Shown piece by piece: positions 19,106 through 29,931 of a DNA stretch of 45,977 nucleotides. The stretch's first letter is position 1; each line of letters begins with the position of its first letter. This DNA comes from a virus (lineage: Duplodnaviria > Heunggongvirae > Uroviricota > Caudoviricetes). The notes beneath the pieces are model-generated. The model worked only from the letters and a program-made list of their open reading frames with translations. It was not told the DNA's origin and did not search any database. The stretch lies in the IMG/VR virus record IMGVR_UViG_2663762946_000001. One strand, written 5' to 3'. The position numbers were made by a program, and so were the translations under genes.

Positions 19106-19537
19106 ATGGCAACAAAATTTGATGTTATCTATAAGGCATTTCTAAATTCAGTAGATAGTTATGAATTCAATGCTATTGATGACGAAGAATTAGAAGAAAC
19201 ATTATGGGGCTATTTAGACAGTGGAAGAGTTCTATTCGTTACCTACAGTAAAGATTTATATGATGTAGATTTAGAAAACAAGCAGTTTAATGTCAATCTT
19301 AATGGTTTTGAGATTTCAATGCTTGCTAAAGCGATGAAACTTGAATGGATTTCAAGAACTAAGAATTCGGAAGAAATGATGAAGAAATCAATTGGTGATA
19401 GAGATTATCAAGCTGTTCAAGGTTATAACTATATCGCTCAATTAAGTAAAGTAGAACGCCAACTTAGAACTGAAATACAAGAAGGTTTAGTGGACTATGA
19501 ATATAGTCAAGCTGCTTTATATGGAGAGATGGGTTAA
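19106..19537 (+). CDS. Putative head-tail adaptor
   Basis: MATKFDVIYKAFL start, 143 aa, helical, position. Confidence 0.55.
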   Translation: MATKFDVIYKAFLNSVDSYEFNAIDDEELEETLWGYLDSGRVLFVTYSKDLYDVDLENKQFNVNLNGFEISMLAKAMKLEWISRTKNSEEMMKKSIGDRDYQAVQGYNYIAQLSKVERQLRTEIQEGLVDYEYSQAALYGEMG

Positions 19538-20562
19538 TGAGTGATACGTTTGCAAGCGACTTCCGTAAACATATGAAGATAGTTGGCTCTTCAAGATATG
19601 AAAGAAATATGCGAAATAAAACAAGAGAATTTGAGAATTATTTTAATAATGCTCTAAATAAAGAAAACTGTTTTATTGACGGGAGAGCAACACAAGCTAT
19701 CTTTCAAGACCAGTCTCAAAGTAATAATAAAGATTTATCTGATGATAAATATCTTATTCTACCTAATGTAATTACTTGTGAAGTAGGATCTTATATTAAC
19801 TGGCGTTTAGAAGAATGGTTAGTGTTTACAGAAGAGTTTAAAACTATTCCAACTCACCAGCAATTGAAAATCAAGCATGTTAATCAAAAACTTAAGTGGG
19901 TAACTGACTACGACAAACATTCGATTTCAAATAATGGTGCTGGATGGGGAGCATATGTTCAAAACCAGACATTGTATACATTAGGTGTTTCGTTTACAGG
20001 AAATCACCTGTCCTTAATTAATGCAAAAATGATGCTTTATGTAAAAAACACAGATGAAACAAAAAAGATAGCTATCGGGGATAGGTTCTTTATTAGTGGA
20101 AATGTCTACAAAGTAGAATTTGCTGATTCGATATCGCGTGTAGGACTAATTAACCTACTTCTTGATGAAGATACCCTTAATCCAGAAATAGATAACGAAG
20201 AGTTAGGTATTGCAGATTACTGGAAACCAACTCAACAGGAATCAGAAAAAGAAAAGGATATACCAAAGGATATTCTTACATGGGAAGTTTCAGGCGAAGA
20301 GAAGATTAAATTGGGTCGTAGTTATTCTTACAAAGCGATTAAGAAAAACGCGGATGGAACTCAAGAACAGTTGAAAGTTAAAGAATGGAATATTGAAACG
20401 TTGCAAGACATGCCTATAACAATATTAGAACGAGACGAAGATACTTTACAGATTAGAGTTATTGATGATTCTAGAAATATTGGAACAATTATCAATTTGA
20501 TAGTTAAAGTAGATGATCAAATGAAAAATCTAACATTGAAGGTTGCTGCTAAATTTTCTTAA
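19537..20562 (+). CDS. Putative head-closure/neck protein with C-terminal Ig-like segment
   Basis: TAATG overlap with previous gene; VSGEEKIKLGRSYSY beta-rich C-terminus. Confidence 0.5.
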   Translation: MSDTFASDFRKHMKIVGSSRYERNMRNKTREFENYFNNALNKENCFIDGRATQAIFQDQSQSNNKDLSDDKYLILPNVITCEVGSYINWRLEEWLVFTEEFKTIPTHQQLKIKHVNQKLKWVTDYDKHSISNNGAGWGAYVQNQTLYTLGVSFTGNHLSLINAKMMLYVKNTDETKKIAIGDRFFISGNVYKVEFADSISRVGLINLLLDEDTLNPEIDNEELGIADYWKPTQQESEKEKDIPKDILTWEVSGEEKIKLGRSYSYKAIKKNADGTQEQLKVKEWNIETLQDMPITILERDEDTLQIRVIDDSRNIGTIINLIVKVDDQMKNLTLKVAAKFS

Positions 20563-20573
20563 GGAGGTGTAAA

Positions 20574-21113
20574 GTGCCAAGGATAGAGATAAATAGGAGA
20601 GATATTCATTCTCCCAATGCTTCAATTATGCAAATTACAAGATGGAAACAAAATATGATGGATACATTATGTCACGATGAAGACATTTCAAAAATGCTTA
20701 AATATAATGCTCCTGATGCCCTCACGAGAGATAGTTTAACTGAAGATGACAAATTAGATTTAGTAAATAATCGTATCTTTGGCACAACTTACGTACCTAA
20801 AACAGTAGAGCAACAAGGTAGTTATATAACTATTGGGATAGGTGGTTTTATTCCTCAAGAGTCTTTTAGACAATTTTCAGAAAGATATGTAATGGGTTAT
20901 CTATATTTCAATATATTGGTTGATAGAAATCTAATGCTAATGGATGAAGGATATCGTCAAGATTTAATTTTGCAGAGAGTATATGACTTATTCCAAGATA
21001 ATAATTTCTATGGAATGGGAAGAATACAAGAAGGTAATCTTGTAGAAAATTGGGAACAAGATAATAGATTTGGTGGCTATACATTAATGTTCAGAGTCAT
21101 TGATTTTAAGTAG
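20574..21113 (+). CDS. Putative tail terminator/completion protein
   Basis: AAGGAGGTG RBS, GTG start; position before the tail tube. Confidence 0.5.
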   Translation: MPRIEINRRDIHSPNASIMQITRWKQNMMDTLCHDEDISKMLKYNAPDALTRDSLTEDDKLDLVNNRIFGTTYVPKTVEQQGSYITIGIGGFIPQESFRQFSERYVMGYLYFNILVDRNLMLMDEGYRQDLILQRVYDLFQDNNFYGMGRIQEGNLVENWEQDNRFGGYTLMFRVIDFK

Positions 21114-21122
21114 GTGATTATT

Positions 21123-21914
21123 ATGTCAGATATTAATTATACGGCATTAATGCTCGGTAAGGATCTGAAATATAATGAAAAAATCACAATTCATGTCCCT
21201 ACTATTAATGAAATCACCAATATGTCAGATAAAGAATTCAATAATTTAATAAAACCATTTTCAATTACTACCAGAGAAATATTCTCAGGTTCACCTGAGA
21301 TTGTTGATGAGATGGAAGAAAGATACCCAAGTCTCTGGGACTTAGCGTCAGATAAAGGCGGAAATGAACAAATTGGAAACTTATTATATGGGAAAAATGT
21401 CACATTAAGAGACATGTTTATTTCAGCTTTTAGTTATTGGACATTAAGCGATAAGAAAGATTTTAGTTTTCTATCAAATAATAAGATGATAAACAAAAAA
21501 CTGGAATGGATTGTAGATAGTACAGAATATGAGAATTTTGCTAAATATATTCGATTAATCACTCTTGCTGAAAAGAATGAGGATTTAATAGCTCCAAAAA
21601 ATATGTCAAAGAATCAAATGAGGGTTTGGAAAAACATATATAAAGGTAGACTAAGAAAACTTCAAAAAGCAGAAAAGGTTGAGATGGGCGATAAAATACT
21701 TATTTTACAAGGTTCGTCTAACTCTTTTATCCCTTTTGAAGAAATTGGGAAAATGAATTATTATCAATTTTCTAATTTAATAGCAGTGTATTCTGAAAAG
21801 GAAATTTCGCAACAGAATTTACAAATTTATACATCATATAAATTTGATACAAAAGATATGAAAATAAAAAATTGGCGAGAAAAAGTATCGCTAAAAAAAA
21901 CTAACATGAGGTGA
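21123..21914 (+). CDS. Hypothetical tail-assembly protein
   Basis: Operon ORF; IGKMNYYQF motif reminiscent of tail chaperones; alternative start 21114. Confidence 0.55.
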   Translation: MSDINYTALMLGKDLKYNEKITIHVPTINEITNMSDKEFNNLIKPFSITTREIFSGSPEIVDEMEERYPSLWDLASDKGGNEQIGNLLYGKNVTLRDMFISAFSYWTLSDKKDFSFLSNNKMINKKLEWIVDSTEYENFAKYIRLITLAEKNEDLIAPKNMSKNQMRVWKNIYKGRLRKLQKAEKVEMGDKILILQGSSNSFIPFEEIGKMNYYQFSNLIAVYSEKEISQQNLQIYTSYKFDTKDMKIKNWREKVSLKKTNMR

Positions 21915-21920
21915 TAATTA

Positions 21921-23024
21921 ATGAGTATTTATGGTATGAAAGATGCTTCCAATCTTGTATTGATTGACAAAGCAACTAAGAAACCAGTTCTTTATATCGA
22001 CTACGCTAACGCTACTTCGACCGAATGGGATTCAGATCGTGTTTACGCGACAAAGAAGGGTGCAAATGCAATTGCGTGGGATACAAATCGTAGCGGAAAA
22101 TTAACGCTTGAAAGTGAACTGTTTGATTTAAAATTACTAGCTTTAACATTGGGTGCTAATGTTGAAAACGGATCATCTGATGTATTCAGACGTGAGGATT
22201 TAACATTAGGAAGTGATCGAATTCTTAAATTGAATTCAACCCCATTAGATGGGTCTGTAACTGTCTATAAATTGGAAGACGATGGAATTGGACATGATGG
22301 AGCAGAAATTCCACAAAAGATTACAGGTGGAGAGGGTTCTGTCCCATTAATGGTTACAGATGTTGCAGTAACAGCAAAGGATACATCTGCGGCAATCACA
22401 TGGTCTACTTCTACAGGTGCAACAAGTTATGTTGTATATCGTGATGGTAAACAAGTTGGACAACCAACAACTACTTCATTTTCTGATACAGATCTTGAGG
22501 CTGAAACTTCATATACCTATACTGTTACGGCTGTTAATGTAAACGGACAATCTCCTGTATCAGCAGTTGTTAGTGTAACGACTACAGCCGCAGGTTCTTC
22601 AACTTCTGGTGCAGTTGTAAAAGCAACAAATGAAGCAATTGCAGCAGCAACAGCAGCCGCAAATGCACAAGGAGAAGATGGGGTAACTTATACAATTGGT
22701 AAAGATGGCACCCTTACATTTTCAGAAGCAGCTATTACAGGTGTACCTTATGTAGTTTACTATATTGCTACTGTAAATGGTGTTAAGTCAATTACGGTAG
22801 GAGAAGATACATTCTCTGGAGCATACGAGATTTATGGTGATGCATACATTCGTAACCAGGAAACTGGCAAGGACGAATTTATTCAATTGCATTACTTCAA
22901 TGCCCGTCCGCAATCGAAATTTACATTTGCGCAAACTTCAAAAGAACCAGCTTCTCTATCAATCGTATTTGATTTGTTCCCTAACAAGAATAAGGATCTA
23001 GCGGTATATAAAATCATTGACTAG
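21921..23024 (+). CDS. Major tail tube protein with inserted Fn3 domain
   Basis: YGMKDASN start; Fn3 signature ITW.....ATSYVVYRDG.....FSDTDLEAETSYTYTVTAVN..GQS. Confidence 0.75.
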   Translation: MSIYGMKDASNLVLIDKATKKPVLYIDYANATSTEWDSDRVYATKKGANAIAWDTNRSGKLTLESELFDLKLLALTLGANVENGSSDVFRREDLTLGSDRILKLNSTPLDGSVTVYKLEDDGIGHDGAEIPQKITGGEGSVPLMVTDVAVTAKDTSAAITWSTSTGATSYVVYRDGKQVGQPTTTSFSDTDLEAETSYTYTVTAVNVNGQSPVSAVVSVTTTAAGSSTSGAVVKATNEAIAAATAAANAQGEDGVTYTIGKDGTLTFSEAAITGVPYVVYYIATVNGVKSITVGEDTFSGAYEIYGDAYIRNQETGKDEFIQLHYFNARPQSKFTFAQTSKEPASLSIVFDLFPNKNKDLAVYKIID

Positions 23025-23037
23025 AAATAAACATATC

Positions 23038-23062
23038 AAAAGATAGCTTAAGGCTATCTTTT
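23038..23062 (+). terminator. Hairpin terminator after the tail tube gene
   Basis: AAAAGATAGC-TTAAG-GCTATCTTTT. Confidence 0.6.
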
Positions 23063-23092
23063 ATACATATAAAACAAAATAAATAATAGTGG

Positions 23093-26000
23093 GTGAGTGA
23101 ATTAATGAAAAAAACAATTAAATATTTAAGCGATGGTGAATATAAATATCCTACCGTAAAAGATGTTGGAGACATTGAGGAACTTAAGACCACTGATAAG
23201 ACAGACTTAGTTTCAGCAATTAATGACTTGGCTGAGAACGGTGTTCCATCTGGCGGTATTTCTGATAAAGACATGACAGTTATTGATGGAAAAATATCAG
23301 AAGCCAACACAAATCTTAAATCTAGTTTACAAGCTAATTTAGATAAGACTAAGAGTGATTTAGAAAAAGCTCAGTCTAGCTTAGATAGTGAAATTAAAGA
23401 AGTCAATACAAATGCTACAAGTAATATAAGTGATATTAAATCTGATATAACTAAACATAATGATAACATAGCAACGCTAAATCAAAAAGCAACGGATTTA
23501 GATACTGGGTTGAATAACACAAAGAAAAATTTAGTAACAGTTCAAACAGATCTTGCAAATATAAAGATTGGTCAAAATGACTTAAGCCAAACGGTAGATA
23601 CCGTAAAAGGTGAACTGGAGACAAAAGCAACCAAATCATCTCTTGATGATGCGCAAGAACAAATTCAAAAAAATATAGTAGATATTAAAACAAATGCAAC
23701 TGCCATTGAGAATAAAGCTAGTCAAGAGTCCTTAGATGTTTTAAACGGAAATGTAAATGACATTAATAGCACGTTAAAGCAACAAGCAGGTTTGATTGAC
23801 GGAAAAGTATCAGAAGATTCTCTAACAAATAAGTTAGATAGTTTTCAGGTTAAAAAAGCTAATTTGTTATTAGGAACAAGAGATTGGTATCAATGGAGCG
23901 CGAGTGATCCAGCATACGTAAGTGTAACAAACACTATGTACAATCATTGCTATTGGGCATCATTTAATAAATCTACAATTAAACTATCTATGTCGGTTGA
24001 TAATCTAATCGTAGGCAATAGCTATACTTTGTCGGTTGTCGCGAAGACACTTAAAACTGGAGATACAATCACGGTTTTAGCAGACAAAATTGGAGTTTTG
24101 AAAACCCAAAATGGGACGACAAATGTATCTACTACACCTGATATTTACTTTATTACCTTTGTAGCAACAAGTACCACTATGTCGATAGACTTTGAAATGA
24201 ATGGAGCGCTATCTAGTGGTAACTCACTATATTTAAACCAAGCAAAACTTGAAACTGGAACAAAAGTAACCTATTGGGAAATGAACAGTGCAGATAATTA
24301 TCAAAGAATTCAGCATTCAGAAGCAGAATTAAAGATAACTGGTAATCAGATATCTACCATGACTTCTAAACAGACTCAATTAGGTGATAAACAAGAGTCT
24401 CTTAGTACGGCTGTTTCACAAATTGATGACAGATTGGTAATCGCACAAGAAAATATAACTGCATTAAATGGAAATGTTACTGCAGCTAATACAAAAATAG
24501 ACTCTAAGGCGGGGGAATTACAAGCCAATTTTACAAAAGAAATAAATAAACAAATTGATAACATCAGTGATTCTAGCAGTAATCAGATTCTAAATAGCTC
24601 TTTTACTAATAATCTCAATCACTGGCAAGCAGTTAATTCTAAGGCAACTATTACTAACGACAGTAATGGTAAAAAATGGGTTAATTTTCAACAAAGTAAT
24701 TTAACTTCAGATTCTATTATTTCAATCGAGAGTAATTACTTTGCTGTAAGTAACAATCAGAATTTAGTTATTGCGTTTGACTTAATAAAGAAAAGTACAA
24801 TTACACTTGATAATCCGACTATTCTAGTTTTGGAAATCTTTGATAAGAATAATAACCGTGTTGATTATAAGGAATTGTCTATTACAGATTTTGATAATGG
24901 CTCAAACTTACAAACAAATACAGAAACTCGGCTTAAATATAAATATACTATAAGTCATTCAGATGCGGCTAAATTCGCTATAAAGCCAGAGTTGAGAAGG
25001 AATGGATATCTACAATTTTCTAATTTCTTTGCTACCATATCTACAATCAGTGATGGTTCGTATATCGCAAATTCCCAGGACTCAAATGAAGTATCTATTA
25101 TTCAACAAGCTCAAATTACGGCTAATACAAACGGATTAGGACTTAAAGCGTCTCAAACATCAGTTGATACACTTAATCAGACAGTATCTAACCATACTTC
25201 TGAATTATCTGTTCTCACCGATCAAATGTCACAAAAGACATCTAAAACAGATTTTGATAATTTAACTGGTAGAGTAACTAGTGCAGAACAAAAGGTTACA
25301 GCTAATGCAGATGGTTTAAATAGTACCGTAAGTAAGATGAGTACGTTACAAGATCAAGTTAATAACAGTGCAGTAGGGACTAACTACATTTTAGCTTCAG
25401 GTAATTATCAATCTGCTACAGATATGCAAGCCAATCCAATGGGTGCTGATTCAACAGGTACATGGAGTTACTCATATGATTCAACTAATAAAGCTATCAT
25501 AATAACTAAGGCAAAAAATAACGCCACTATTCATTTAGGTTGGAATTTATCTCAATATCTACAGGCTAATACAAAATACACAGTTACTATGAAGTATAAA
25601 TCAACAAATGCTAGAACTGCTTCATTTCAAATTGCACAATCAACGAATGCTACCTCAATGCCTATTTTAGCTATTCCAGCATCAAGTGATTTTACGATTA
25701 TAAAAAATACTTTTACGACACAAAGCCCGACTGATTACAATACTTTCTGGTTCAGTTCTACGGATTTTGATTTAAATAATTATATTGAAATTGCATGGGT
25801 AAAAATTGAATTAGGCACTACTGCTACAGATTATTCAGCTAACCCAGCAGATAATGCAACCGTCACAGCTGTAACAAATGTATCTCAAAAGGCTGATCAA
25901 ATAGCAGCAGACTTAGCTACATCAAATGGAGATATTACTCAATTAAAAGCGAAAGCAACAGGTTGGGATTCAAGTATTGCTAGTGCAAATGGGAAAATAA

Positions 26001-29000
26001 ACACATTACAAGCAACTAGTGATGGCTATGCAACGAATATTAGCAAGATACAAGATCAAGTTAATAATAGTGCAGTCGGAACTAACTTATTGTTGGGAAC
26101 AGCAGAGTTTAATCCTTGGACTGGCACTACGTCTTTTTTCGGACAAGGTAAATTAGGTTTATCAATAACCATTGAAAAAGATTCAGATGGAGATACAGCT
26201 TGGCATTTAAGTGGAACAGCTAATGGTAGTGGTGCTGTTGGGGCTTATAATAGTCAATTAGCACATAATTATCCATCTTCTTATGCTTTTTCTGTTTCGG
26301 CTAAGGGAACATTCGCCAACACATATGTTGCTAATTTTTTAGTTGAAGGAAACACAACTAATACAACTTCAATTAATATGACATCATCTTATAGTCGTTG
26401 GACTGCTATTGGTACAATTGGTTCTGGTCTTGGAGCTGCTGCTGTTCTTTATTTCCATATACAATCTGGTGACACCGTTGATATTTGGGTCAAAAAATGG
26501 AAACTTGAAGTGGGATCAGTTGCAACCGATTGGAATGCTAATCCCAACGATAACGCAACAGTTACTAGTGTCACTAATGCTCAAAATACAGCTATTTCTC
26601 AATCTAAAACCTATGCAGATAATCAGATAAGCGCTACTGCAAGTACATTGTCGGCTAATTTGTCAAGCACGACTACAACATTGAAAACGTATGCTGACAA
26701 TTCAGCTACGACAAAAGCAAACGCTGTACAGAATAATTTAGATAACTTACAGGTTGGCGGAAATAATCTTATACCATTGGGGAATATTTCAACTGCTGCT
26801 TCTACACAAACAGCTTATGATTCTAGTACAGATATTCGTACATTTACTATTGCCAATGGAGCTGGTGGCTCATGGGGTGGTGGTATTCAGAATAATGCTA
26901 GTGTGAAACATGAAATACCTTGGAATGCCTATTTCACTTATTCAGTAGAAATTATGCCTTTGGTTAGTGGTTTACATTGGAATAGTGATACTAATAGTTT
27001 TCCTATTTCTGGTTCTAATTGGAATGGCAACGATAATGATACAGGTAGAGTTGTAAATGACAATACTGGAACGACCGATAAAACATTAATACCAAATGTT
27101 TGGAATAAGGTATGGGTAACATATCGAAATGCAAGTACGGCTAACACTAATAAATTGAGTTTATGTGATAACAGTACGGTATGCGTTGTTAATAATAGTG
27201 GCAATACGGTAACAGTTAAATTTAGACATTTTCAAGGTGAAATTGGTAACAAACCAACTGATTGGAGTTTGGCCGTAGAGGATATACAAAATTATGCTGA
27301 TGCTCAGGCTAATAATGCTAAGAACTCTGCTGTCTCAACTGCTGCAAGTGACGCTACAACAAAAGCAAATAATGCACAAAACAATGCCGTTTCTCAATCT
27401 AAAACCTATACGGACACACAAATTAGCGCAACCGCTGGGACATTTAATGTTAAGACGAGTTCAATACAGACTCAGTTAGATAACAGTGCAGTAGGTACTA
27501 ACTTGTTATTAGGTACAGGATCTAGCGCCGTAATGACGGGTGCAAACACTTCTAATCAAACTGCATCTTTCTATTCTTTAGCTAATGGATATAACGCTTC
27601 TAAACTAGCTACTGTCTATGGAACACAATTTACAATAAGTTTTGATTGGTCGGTTTCAGGTACTTCACCTTCAGGTAATATTACGGTTCAATGGAACAAT
27701 GTTCCATGGGGTATAAGTTCAGTGGCTACAGTGTCGAGTTCAAATACTTCGGGGCATTTTACTAAAGCTTTTGGTATAGGGACTCAGGCTGCTAATATAG
27801 CTAATATTCTTGGTTTTAGGCTAGATAACTTCGTGGGAACTCTTACGGTTTCTAATGTTAAGTTAGAAAAGGGTAGTGTTGCTACTGATTGGAGTTTAGC
27901 ACCTACCGATACTGATTATACCAACATGTTCTCTATGGATAGCAATGGTATTACACTTGATGCTCATGGGGTGAACAATAGTAACAAGACTATTTTATTA
28001 CGTGGTGATCATGTCAAAATTGATAGTAGCAATCCAGTAGTTATACCGAGTGTGAGTGCAAATGTAATAACGACTGGTGTATTAAAAAGTAAGAATCAAT
28101 TGACTGCTTTTGATTTAGATAATGCCACGATAACTTTAAATTCTAATAACGCTCAAAAATCAAATGCTCTCTTAACAGATGGTAGTTTAAGTTATAAATA
28201 CACCAATTTCAATAATCAAGTTGTAACGTCTTCTCTAGGATTAAATTACGCTAGTGACTGGAACAATAGTCATCATTTACCAGATTGGCTTTTGGCTTAT
28301 CAAAAAGCTCATAACGGGGCAAAAGTTGGAGAACTTAATATTGCTGGTAGCGACTTTATTAATATACATGCAGGCAGTACAGCCGAATTTACTATAAATA
28401 ACGTTGCAGATATTACCAAGAATCATAAATATACTATTGGCGAGGAACAAATGGCAGCAGTGGGGTCATGGGTAAACACGGGAAATATTTCTTTCCATGA
28501 TGATGATCCAGCAGGTGTGTTTAAAATTAGTAAGAAAGCTCCAGCAACAGGCAAAGATCAATTCATTTCAATGGGTTGGTATACAGAAAAATGGATGGGA
28601 AATCAGGGGTCATTACCTGGTAATTTTGAAAATTTGAATTCTTATATGTATATTGCCTCAGAAGGAATTATGTTTTCTCATACCGACCCCAACATTCCGT
28701 TGTTGTCAATTGGATCTGAGAATTATACTTCTGATAAGGTTTTACTTATCGCTCAGGGCAAGGGTGGAATGAGAATAGATGGAGGAGCTGGATCGGTTAA
28801 TATTGATACTGTAGGTGGTGGACACTTCTTAACTACTAATGGTGGCGATTTAATTTTTGGGAATAATGATGGAACAGGGAACGTTGGACTCCGTGGTGGT
28901 ATTTTCTATTTTGACTTAAAAGACAATGGGACTAGAATTTTATGGGCTGATTCAAATGGACTCAAAGTCCTATCAGGTGGGTTTACATCTACTAACAGTA

Positions 29001-29428
29001 CTACATGGCTTACAAATACACGAATAGATAATGAGCTTTGGGTTAATGGGAAGCTCAATGTTTCAGGCGCTAAGAATGCTATTGTTAAAACCTCAAAGGG
29101 CTGGGCACAAATAAATGCTTATGAAACTACTGAATATTACTTTGGTGACCTTGGTAAGACTGATACTGGATCAGGTTCAAAAGTTAAGATTGTAATGGAT
29201 AGTTTATTTTTAGAAACTGTTAATACTAAAGTTGATTATCATGTATTCGTTTCAAGTTATGGGAATGGGTATGCTTGGGTGTCGGAGCAGAATGAAGATT
29301 CCTTTGTCATTGAGTCAAATGTCCCTAATTTAAAAATTAGCTATGAAGTTAAAGCTAAGAGAAAAGGTTATGAAAATACTCGTCTGGAAATAGATGGTAA
29401 ATTTAATGAAAAATTTAATATGGAATAA
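23093..29428 (+). CDS. Large modular tail fibre/host-recognition protein
   Basis: Coiled coils alternating with about six beta-rich modules bounded by (GT)NLL and KLE.G..ATDW; C-terminal KNAIV..AYET.EYYFGD..YHVF..KAKRKGYE..RLE domain. Confidence 0.85.
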   Translation: MSELMKKTIKYLSDGEYKYPTVKDVGDIEELKTTDKTDLVSAINDLAENGVPSGGISDKDMTVIDGKISEANTNLKSSLQANLDKTKSDLEKAQSSLDSEIKEVNTNATSNISDIKSDITKHNDNIATLNQKATDLDTGLNNTKKNLVTVQTDLANIKIGQNDLSQTVDTVKGELETKATKSSLDDAQEQIQKNIVDIKTNATAIENKASQESLDVLNGNVNDINSTLKQQAGLIDGKVSEDSLTNKLDSFQVKKANLLLGTRDWYQWSASDPAYVSVTNTMYNHCYWASFNKSTIKLSMSVDNLIVGNSYTLSVVAKTLKTGDTITVLADKIGVLKTQNGTTNVSTTPDIYFITFVATSTTMSIDFEMNGALSSGNSLYLNQAKLETGTKVTYWEMNSADNYQRIQHSEAELKITGNQISTMTSKQTQLGDKQESLSTAVSQIDDRLVIAQENITALNGNVTAANTKIDSKAGELQANFTKEINKQIDNISDSSSNQILNSSFTNNLNHWQAVNSKATITNDSNGKKWVNFQQSNLTSDSIISIESNYFAVSNNQNLVIAFDLIKKSTITLDNPTILVLEIFDKNNNRVDYKELSITDFDNGSNLQTNTETRLKYKYTISHSDAAKFAIKPELRRNGYLQFSNFFATISTISDGSYIANSQDSNEVSIIQQAQITANTNGLGLKASQTSVDTLNQTVSNHTSELSVLTDQMSQKTSKTDFDNLTGRVTSAEQKVTANADGLNSTVSKMSTLQDQVNNSAVGTNYILASGNYQSATDMQANPMGADSTGTWSYSYDSTNKAIIITKAKNNATIHLGWNLSQYLQANTKYTVTMKYKSTNARTASFQIAQSTNATSMPILAIPASSDFTIIKNTFTTQSPTDYNTFWFSSTDFDLNNYIEIAWVKIELGTTATDYSANPADNATVTAVTNVSQKADQIAADLATSNGDITQLKAKATGWDSSIASANGKINTLQATSDGYATNISKIQDQVNNSAVGTNLLLGTAEFNPWTGTTSFFGQGKLGLSITIEKDSDGDTAWHLSGTANGSGAVGAYNSQLAHNYPSSYAFSVSAKGTFANTYVANFLVEGNTTNTTSINMTSSYSRWTAIGTIGSGLGAAAVLYFHIQSGDTVDIWVKKWKLEVGSVATDWNANPNDNATVTSVTNAQNTAISQSKTYADNQISATASTLSANLSSTTTTLKTYADNSATTKANAVQNNLDNLQVGGNNLIPLGNISTAASTQTAYDSSTDIRTFTIANGAGGSWGGGIQNNASVKHEIPWNAYFTYSVEIMPLVSGLHWNSDTNSFPISGSNWNGNDNDTGRVVNDNTGTTDKTLIPNVWNKVWVTYRNASTANTNKLSLCDNSTVCVVNNSGNTVTVKFRHFQGEIGNKPTDWSLAVEDIQNYADAQANNAKNSAVSTAASDATTKANNAQNNAVSQSKTYTDTQISATAGTFNVKTSSIQTQLDNSAVGTNLLLGTGSSAVMTGANTSNQTASFYSLANGYNASKLATVYGTQFTISFDWSVSGTSPSGNITVQWNNVPWGISSVATVSSSNTSGHFTKAFGIGTQAANIANILGFRLDNFVGTLTVSNVKLEKGSVATDWSLAPTDTDYTNMFSMDSNGITLDAHGVNNSNKTILLRGDHVKIDSSNPVVIPSVSANVITTGVLKSKNQLTAFDLDNATITLNSNNAQKSNALLTDGSLSYKYTNFNNQVVTSSLGLNYASDWNNSHHLPDWLLAYQKAHNGAKVGELNIAGSDFINIHAGSTAEFTINNVADITKNHKYTIGEEQMAAVGSWVNTGNISFHDDDPAGVFKISKKAPATGKDQFISMGWYTEKWMGNQGSLPGNFENLNSYMYIASEGIMFSHTDPNIPLLSIGSENYTSDKVLLIAQGKGGMRIDGGAGSVNIDTVGGGHFLTTNGGDLIFGNNDGTGNVGLRGGIFYFDLKDNGTRILWADSNGLKVLSGGFTSTNSTTWLTNTRIDNELWVNGKLNVSGAKNAIVKTSKGWAQINAYETTEYYFGDLGKTDTGSGSKVKIVMDSLFLETVNTKVDYHVFVSSYGNGYAWVSEQNEDSFVIESNVPNLKISYEVKAKRKGYENTRLEIDGKFNEKFNME

Positions 29429-29448
29429 GAAAGTGTAGGTAGATAATT

Positions 29449-29673
29449 ATGGAAATAGATACAACCAATATAGCATATGCACTTAATGCAGGTAAAACTG
29501 TTTCAGTAACAGTTACTTTATATGGCACAGATAATATAGGGAACTACGTAAATAGTACAGTTAAAGTGGTATCCGATGATTTAGCTGACGGTAAAACATT
29601 TGAGCAAACAAGTCAATTTGAATTAGGTACTATAGCAAGAAATAAATTGATAGAATTGGTAGCAATTAAATAA
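29449..29673 (+). CDS. Small fibre-associated protein
   Basis: Follows the fibre gene; similar to the next ORF. Confidence 0.65.
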   Translation: MEIDTTNIAYALNAGKTVSVTVTLYGTDNIGNYVNSTVKVVSDDLADGKTFEQTSQFELGTIARNKLIELVAIK

Positions 29674-29685
29674 GGGGTGATAAGA

Positions 29686-29916
29686 ATGAACTTTGTAGTA
29701 AATAATTACGAAGCTGAAATGAATCAAGGAGAAATTGTTGATATTAAGATTGGCTTTTCTGCAAATAATAATGAAGGTGAATCAATAGATTATTTAGCAA
29801 AGGTATCGAAAAAGGATCTCGCTGAAAATCAGGAACTCAAGAATATAGTTATGAACGATGTAATAACTATTGCTTTAAACAAACTCAAATCATATATTGC
29901 TGTAATAAATAATTAG
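29686..29916 (+). CDS. Small fibre-associated protein (paralog of previous)
   Basis: KVSKKDL...TIALNKL vs KVVSDDL...TIARNKL; GGGGTG RBS. Confidence 0.65.
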   Translation: MNFVVNNYEAEMNQGEIVDIKIGFSANNNEGESIDYLAKVSKKDLAENQELKNIVMNDVITIALNKLKSYIAVINN

Positions 29917-29931
29917 TTGGCGGTGTCGCAT

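Noticed and set aside
23093..29428. Diversity-generating retroelement or shufflon acting on the fibre
   Set aside because: No reverse transcriptase, no adenine-specific template/variable repeat pair and no inverted cassettes seen in the window
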